Shown here in pieces: positions 22,093-28,751 of a stretch of DNA of 28,751 bases. The notes below the pieces were generated by a model. That model made no database searches and was not told the DNA's origin. It was given only the letters and a program-made list of their open reading frames with translations. The position numbers and the translations under genes are program-made. Origin of the DNA: Octopus sinensis. Taxonomy: Eukaryota. Numbering within the stretch: position 1 is the stretch's first letter; every line of letters starts with the position of its first letter. The stretch is from assembly GCF_006345805.1 (NCBI RefSeq), contig NW_021827586.1:1-28751 (forward strand), in the 5' to 3' direction.

Positions 22093-22632
22093 TATATGTA
22101 TGTATGTATGTTGTATGTATGTATGTATGTATGTATGTATGTATGTATGTATGTATGTATGTATGTATGTATCCGATTGAAGGGTCATCTCGGGTTTTTC
22201 CTAGCACCGAAGCAAATCTTGGTTCTGTAGCTGAGTCCAAGTAAAATGAGAAGAGTACTTACGTCTTCCTAACTTACCGCTGAAGTAGTTCTGTCTTCAC
22301 CTGTGGTGGTGTTAGTCTCAGCCATAATCGTGTGAGCGAGATTCAACTTGGTGTGGATGTATATTCTAAAATCTGTTCACGATAACCCTACGTTGGTGAG
22401 CTAAAAGGTGTTTCTCTTATTAATTATTGGAGAAATAAACCAGTTACCGATTTAAGCTGGAGAAATCGGCATATTTCTAGAGGAAGGCATTCAAAACGGA
22501 CTTTTTAAACGGTTCTCTACACCTGCACATCCGGTGTTGACGGCGCCATAATGTATGTATGTATGTATGTTTGTATGTATGTATGTAGTATGTATGTATG
22601 TATGTATGTATGTATGTATGTATGTATGTATG

Positions 22633-22668
<36 letters not shown>

Positions 22669-23040
22669 GATGCAGTAAACTGTATTTTCCGGATCTCTGA
22701 TCGTTACATCTTAAATTACAATACACACTGACACATACACTCTCTCTCTCTATATATACATCAGTAGATCTTTAATATACTGAACACAATAGAAATAACA
22801 GAAACAAAGAAACAGGAAGAAATATGAGCATGATTTAAGTAAAGGATAAACTCCATCAACCTAATAAAATATATTCACTGTAAGTGCAATAAAAACAGAT
22901 CCTGCACGAGACATTGAGAAACAACGATCCAGTTTTAGATACTGTAAAAACTCTGTATTATAACACCCGTTGCCCGGGGGTTACGACCTACAACCACTTT
23001 GTACTATATACATATAAACACACACACACATATATATATG

Positions 23041-23076
<36 letters not shown>

Positions 23077-24454
23077 TGTATATATATATATGTATGTACT
23101 CAATTTTCGAGTTTAAGCGGAACGTACGCACCACACACAGTGCACTCTGGCGTTTCCCCGGTCGTTGATAACAATAACAGCGCGACCAACTGGTATTGCA
23201 GTGTATGCCACTGATAATGCAGGAGCCATGTCGTGATTTGATTAGACTTGAAGCTCCAAAATACTAGCAGGGCACAATATGTGTACAAATGGTCCTAATA
23301 CCATGAAACGTGATTCTTAAGTATGCTTAGGTATGGATTAACTAATTATGAGATAATCAACTTGTGTAAATAATCAATTTAATTAGACTTTAAGCACCAG
23401 TAATGATTCACATTGAATATTACTCCTTAGACACAAGTAATACTTAAATGAAAACTTAAGAAAAAAAACGGGTATGGTAAAACAAATTGAGAAGTTTTAA
23501 TTAGACACGTAATTAGGAATTAATTAGAATTTCTGCTCCAGCGTCAGTTACTTCGCAGAAATGTTCACTAAACCCAACTGAATCTATTCATGTCACTTAA
23601 GAACCATTTTAGGTAGGGATTTCTAATTTAAGAAGTATTTTCTACCAATCACTATACACTAATTAAGGAGAGATATACAGAAACACTGTTTCCAAGCTAC
23701 ATGATGAACGCAACATAGAAACATGTCTTAGACCCAGTTGACCCAGTTGACATGGAAGGAAGAAACATCCCAGGTATTAGAAGACAATAAGAAATCGTTA
23801 ATTAGATCGTTAATAAAGTCTTTATTGAGACTTTCTGCTCCGGTGTAAATTCTTTCACAAAAATATTCGGCTCGTCAAACTGAATATAATCATAGTATGT
23901 TTGAATGATAGCTATGGATCCCTAATTTTCACTAATTATCATATCCTCCTCTATTAAAAATGGAAAAAAACACTTTTAACTGGAAAAGTGTTGATTTTCC
24001 ATTGCATGGCATCAGAATCCTTCCTCCATTACTGATGCTGACTTCTGTCAACACATAATGCATGTCGCTTTCGTTCATTCGAATAAAATTAATTTTTAAA
24101 GCAGTAATTTTTCTCTTAACGGTGACTTGTCCCTCACAAACTTAAAAAAACCCCCGGAAATTGTTACAAACCAAAAATGGATTCAAACTACAACAAAGGG
24201 CAACTTGCATCTTGGACAAAAATGTCACTTAAACGCAAAATGGCTGTTAGAAACCAACGACGAATTGAAGCGTTTACGTACCATGTGGCAGCTTTGGCCT
24301 GTTGGCAAAACGGTGTGTGTGTGTGTGAGTGTGTATGTGTGTGTATGTGTGTGTGTATATATATATATATATGATGTATGTATGTATGTATGTTATGTAT
24401 GTATGTATGTATGTATGTATGTATGTATGTATGTACGTACGTGTATGTGTGTAT

Positions 24455-24780
24455 GTATTGCTTCCTAACCACAGTTCCTAGTTCATTCCCACTGTGTTGT
24501 AATTAGGGTGTCTTCTACTATAGCCTCGGGCCGATCAAAGCCTTGTGAGTGGATTTGGAAGATGGAAACTGAAAGAATCCCGTCGTATATATATATATAT
24601 TATATATCTGTGTGTGTGTGTGGTGTGTGTGTGTGTGTTTGTGCGTGTGTTTGGTTTGGGTTGTTCCCACCCCCCGTGCCACGGCTTGGCAACAGGTGCT
24701 GAGGATTCGACTAAAAATTCTTCAAGGTGGTGCCCCAGCATGGCCACAATCTAATGACTGAAACAAGTAATACATAAAAG
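24455..24780 (+). mobile_element. Family B SINE, 5'-clipped, with internal (TA)/(TG) array
   Basis: GTGTCTTCTACTATAGCCTCGGGCCGATCAAAGCCTTGTGAGTGGATTTGG, then a microsatellite, then CCAGCATGGCC...AATGACTGAAACAAGTAA. Confidence 0.8.
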
Positions 24781-24827
24781 GTGAGAAACACACACACACA
24801 CACACGCACACACACACACACACAGAG

Positions 24828-24935
24828 GCGCTGGCATGGCTGTGCAGTAAGAAGCTTGCTTCCCAACCACATGCTACAGGGTTCAGTCCCACTGTGCGGC
24901 ACCTTGGGCAAATGTTTTCTACTATAGTCGTGGGC
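24828..24935 (+). mobile_element. Family B SINE head
   Basis: GCATGGCTGTGCAGTAAGAAGCTTGCTTCCCAACCACATG...GGGTTCAGTCCCACTGTGCGGCACCTTGGGCAA. Confidence 0.8.
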
Positions 24936-25150
24936 TATGTATGTATGTATGTATGTATGTATGTATGCATGTATTTATATGCGTATGTATGTGTATGTGT
25001 GTATGTATGTGTATGTGTGTATGTATGTGTATGTGTGTATGTATGTGTATGTGTGTATGTATGTGTATGTGTGTATGTATGTGTGTGTATGTATGTATGA
25101 CTGTATGCATGCATGTGTGTGTATGTATGTTCGTACGTACGTACATATAT
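24936..25150. repeat. (TATG)/(TG) compound array with an 18-bp higher-order unit
   Basis: GTATGTATGTGTATGTGT is repeated about five times. Confidence 0.9.
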
Positions 25151-25309
25151 GCATATATTCAAACACGGAGTCGGCAGATGAACTACATTTCCAATGTTGG
25201 CAAATGTAAGATATTAGCAACCATTTTTTTGCCATCCAAACCTACAGAATAAATGCGTACCATTTATAAAAACATAAGTAACACGTAAATAACTACGTAT
25301 TACGTAAGC

Positions 25310-25500
25310 CAGATACTTCCTATAGTTTCACATACATATTAGCAGACTAGCCCAGAAAATTCTGCATGATCACCGTACCATGTCTTGGAGTGTTGCCTCA
25401 AATTCCTGACAACTAGCAGCTTCCAGTTCACTTGGTGTGTGCCGGTAATTGGTGAACACTTCCGCTTTTAAAATAGCACCAAAGATAAAAAATATAGCAA
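25310..25500 (-). pseudogene. Tc1/mariner transposase C-terminal remnant
   Basis: FIFGAILKAEVFTNYRHTPSELEAASCQEFEATLQDMVR resembles the LWGxLKxxVYxNxPxTxxELKxAI motif that follows the catalytic third acidic residue. Confidence 0.5.
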
Positions 25501-26232
25501 ACTGGCTATAGACTGTGAATGCTGTAAGATATGACATGGTTAATGAGAAACTCTGTATAGTAATAACCGATATAGATAATATTGGTTGGTTGGTTGATGG
25601 ACTGATTCCTCCAGTCACGCTTTACGTGGTTTACAGAGAAGGTGAGAGAGAATAAAGTTGATACAGAACGAGTTAACTCAAGAGGTGCAAAGTGAGTGCA
25701 CATACTAAGTTTATTCACAGGCAATGAGTAAAAGAAACGCTACATACACTCACACACAGTAAGGGGAAAAAACCCCCATAGAGGCAGATAAAGGAGGATA
25801 AGGATAAGGAGAAGTAGAAGTAAACGATGAATAGTTGTATTTATGTTATATTTTTGGTTATTACTATGCACATAATAAGCTTGATTGCAGGCAATGAGTA
25901 AAACGTTACATACATACACATAGTGAGTGCGAAAGAATCATAAAGAAAGCTAAGGAGGAGGAGGAAAATAATTAGGGAGTAAATGGCAGAGTAATTATGG
26001 GAGGAGTTATATAAATGAGAATTTTGTTTTATTTAATTTCATTTTAAGACAATAAATATTTTTCATTTGAACATTTGTTTTCATTTTATTTTTTCGAATA
26101 AGCAGCGAAAAGTTTAATAAGAGTTAAATCACAATTGGTGTAAGTAAGCCATATTGCCATATATTACTCCCAGTGGCAAAAATCTACATCCAAAGCAACC
26201 CGTCCTGTGACAGGTAACTCTTGTACTGGTGA

Positions 26233-26533
26233 GGGCGCGTGGCTTAGTGTCAAGGGGTATTCGACTAACGATCGTAAGGTCAGGAGTTCGATACCTGGCA
26301 GCGCGTTTTGTCCTTGAACCAGACACCTTATTTCACGTTGTTCCAGTCTACTCCATAGGCAAAAATGCGTAGTACCTGTAATTCAATGGGGCCAGCTGAA
26401 TCTCCCCGAGAACTACGTTAAGGGTATATGTGTCTGTGGAGTGCTCAACCACTTTCATGTTAATTTCACGAGTAGGCTGCTCCGTTGATCGGATCAACTG
26501 GGATCCCCGTCGTCGCAACCGACGGAGGGCCAA
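26233..26533 (+). mobile_element. tRNA-derived SINE, family C
   Basis: A-box-like GTGGCTTAGTGTCAAGG and B-box GGAGTTCGATACC (26283-26295), followed by a TGTCCTTGAACCAGACACCTT body typical of tRNA SINEs. Single copy here, so family status is inferred. Confidence 0.7.
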
Positions 26534-26605
26534 TAACTTTGGTTCTTCAGTAAAACTGTCCATGAAAAAGTTTGCTATTTGAAGGAATATTGCCTCGTCC
26601 TATAG

Positions 26606-26800
26606 TTTATCTTTTACTTGTTTCAGTCATTGGACTGCGGCTAAGCTGGGGCATCGCATTGAAAAGTTTCTTATTCTATCCCAGTACTGATGAAGTTTTC
26701 AACCAGACACTTATTTTATCGGTTTCTATTGACGAACTTCTAGGTTACAGGGACGGGAGCCAACAAGCACTGGCTATAAGCGGTGGGTGACAAACACAGA
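26606..26800 (-). mobile_element. Family B SINE 3' body, reverse
   Basis: TTTTACTTGTTTCAGTCATTGGACTGCGGC is the reverse complement of the family B tail. It is followed by a compound microsatellite. Confidence 0.75.
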
Positions 26801-26871
26801 CGCAAAGACACACATAAACACACAGACACGTGCACACACGCGTGCACACACGCGTGCACACATGCATGCAC

Positions 26872-26971
<100 letters not shown>

Positions 26972-27056
26972 TTGTTGACTGTCTATCTGTAGCATATCAA
27001 TGTATCAGAAAATTACAACACATAAAAATCTTAGAGTAACTACGCATACATACACA

Positions 27057-27096
<40 letters not shown>

Positions 27097-27527
27097 ACAG
27101 AAACACATGCATATACACAGACAAACGGAAAACAACAGACCGACCAGTCAGCACCAATGCAGCTCCTAACGGACTGAGAGTTGTGTGCCAAAAAGCAGAG
27201 TCCACATTTTATCCTTCAGACATCTTTGTTTGCCACCAAAACGAGGCTAAGATTGCTTAAACAACTTCCTCTCTGTTATTGAGCTAACAGATGCTGGATG
27301 CCTTTTATGTAAAGGTATGGGTTTGGGGTAGAACTGAATAATGGTGTTGGTAGGGGAAGGGATTCAGCATATACACACACTAAACACACACAAAGGAAGA
27401 CAGGGACACATTCGTTCATACATAGATACATACATACATACATACATACACACATACATACATACATAGGTATATACATACATACATACATACATACATA
27501 CATCCATAGATATATACATACACACTC

Positions 27528-27900
27528 TGTCGATGTTGTTGAAATTCCAACGAAGGAGCCTTGGATCTCGGTTAGAAACCGGATTCTCAAAACCAGAAAG
27601 GAGAAAGCTGATTCGAAGATCACAGATCCAATCCATCACTGGAACTGTAAAAATTAATAAAACTTTCCAGAAATTTATCATTTAAAGATATATGCGCATG
27701 TCTAGACATGCAAGTATATGCAGTGAGAACACATGCATCAAACTAAACATGCAAAACTGCACATTCACTGACTCTAGATACTGCACACATACACACACAC
27801 ACGCACACGCACACACATGCACAATTACCCTTTGGTGTTGCTGAAATGCCAATGGAGGAACCTTGGATCTAGGTTAGAAACCGTCTATCTGAAAACCGAG
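27528..27900 (+). repeat. Two copies (~27528-27600, ~27823-27900) of a ~75-bp interspersed-repeat fragment
   Basis: TGTTG(T/C)TGAAAT(T/G)CCAA..GGA(G/A)CCTTGGATCT(C/A)GGTTAGAAACCG occurs twice, each after a CA/TACA array. Confidence 0.75.
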
Positions 27901-28266
27901 AAATCCTAAATTTCACCCCTTAGTTATTTGTGTGGTTCTTGGTGTATATATAAAACAATAAAGGTTGCCGGAAGTAATTTAAAACCAAAAAGGAAACAAT
28001 TTGCCGTCACTAAAAGGGGCCAAAAGGTGCAATGAGTACTAGCATTGGTATTTCTAGCAATTCTAGAAACGATACTAACCGATACTAATGTTTTTTGCCA
28101 CCGAAATGTGGATGTCCTACACAGAAAACAGTTACTATATTTTAACCTGAGGAAATCATTTTTTCCAGCTGCTTAACGACACATAATCTGTGTCTGATAT
28201 GTTGCAAGTAAGGGAGAGAATTACTCCTCCCCAGTGTGGCAAGAACCAGTAGTGGACACTTGCCTG

Positions 28267-28310
<44 letters not shown>

Positions 28311-28315
<5 letters not shown>

Positions 28316-28503
28316 ATCCAAACAAGAAAGCACAAAAAAAACACACAACAACGCGAGGACGTGGAACAAATATAGTATTATTGGATGCTCAGGAAAGGAG
28401 GAAAGACGAAGGGTTTAACGTTTCGAGCGGAGCTCTTCGTCGGAAACATAGGAGAAGGAAAGATCCAGAGAAGGGAAGACAGAGGAAAAAAATCGCCAAC
28501 GGT
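28311..28503 (-). mobile_element. Same element type, reverse, hammerhead variant (28413-28447), abutting (TA)n
   Basis: Minus strand reads GTTT-CCGACGA-A-GAGC(TCC)GCTC-GAAA-CGTT-AAAC. Confidence 0.6.
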
Positions 28504-28595
28504 AGGGTAATAATAAATCATTATTACCAGTGGCCTACAACAAAAAACGAATTAGACTACATATTATTCATATAGAAATACAATAAGAGGCTTCT

Positions 28596-28749
28596 AAATA
28601 GGAAAGCGTTGTGCTAGAAAGAGCAGTAGAAATCTCAAGACCACAAAAAATGGATAAATTCACGAAAGGAATGAAAATTAAAAACGTTTACCATCTCAAC
28701 TATTTCCCAGAATTTCTACTGCTCTTTCTAGCACAACGCTTTCCTATTT
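28596..28749. repeat. Perfect 38-bp inverted repeat, 78-bp spacer
   Basis: 28596-28633 AAATAGGAAAGCGTTGTGCTAGAAAGAGCAGTAGAAAT is the reverse complement of 28712-28749. Confidence 0.95.
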
Positions 28750-28751
28750 GG

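Noticed and set aside
22940-22970. TACTGTAAAAACTCTGTATTATAAC resembling a Tigger-type TIR
   Set aside because: Weak match and no partner end found.
25777-25786. CATAGAGGCA as a fourth copy of the 30-bp motif (also TAGAGGC on the minus strand at ~8860 and ~12117)
   Set aside because: Only the 3' 7-10 bases match; GCGAC and TCT.GC are missing.
26685-26710. CTGATGAAG hammerhead-like core
   Set aside because: No stem II or GAAA follows.

Overview
Gene-poor, repeat-saturated animal DNA, most likely from a cephalopod (Octopus-like). That taxon call is an inference from the SINE types and the extreme microsatellite density. No host protein-coding gene is recognisable, and most supplied ORFs are translations of microsatellites. 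The window contains two 5'-truncated copies of one L1/Tx1-clade LINE (6441-7966 and ~13074-15640), each embedded on both sides in (ATCT)n. It also holds decayed RTE, CR1-like, Penelope (GIY-YIG), Tc1/mariner and hAT fragments, at least three tRNA-derived SINE families, and a recent ~840-bp tandem duplication. The most interesting signals are: (1) apparent (ATCT)n target specificity of the Tx1-like LINE, with no poly(A) tail and conserved 3'UTR hairpins; (2) three short elements carrying minimal hammerhead-ribozyme variants of the Penelope-associated type; (3) a 30-bp motif recurring three times in unique sequence; (4) a SINE family that carries an internal microsatellite slot; (5) two perfect inverted repeats. 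All calls are by eye and coordinates of decayed elements are approximate.
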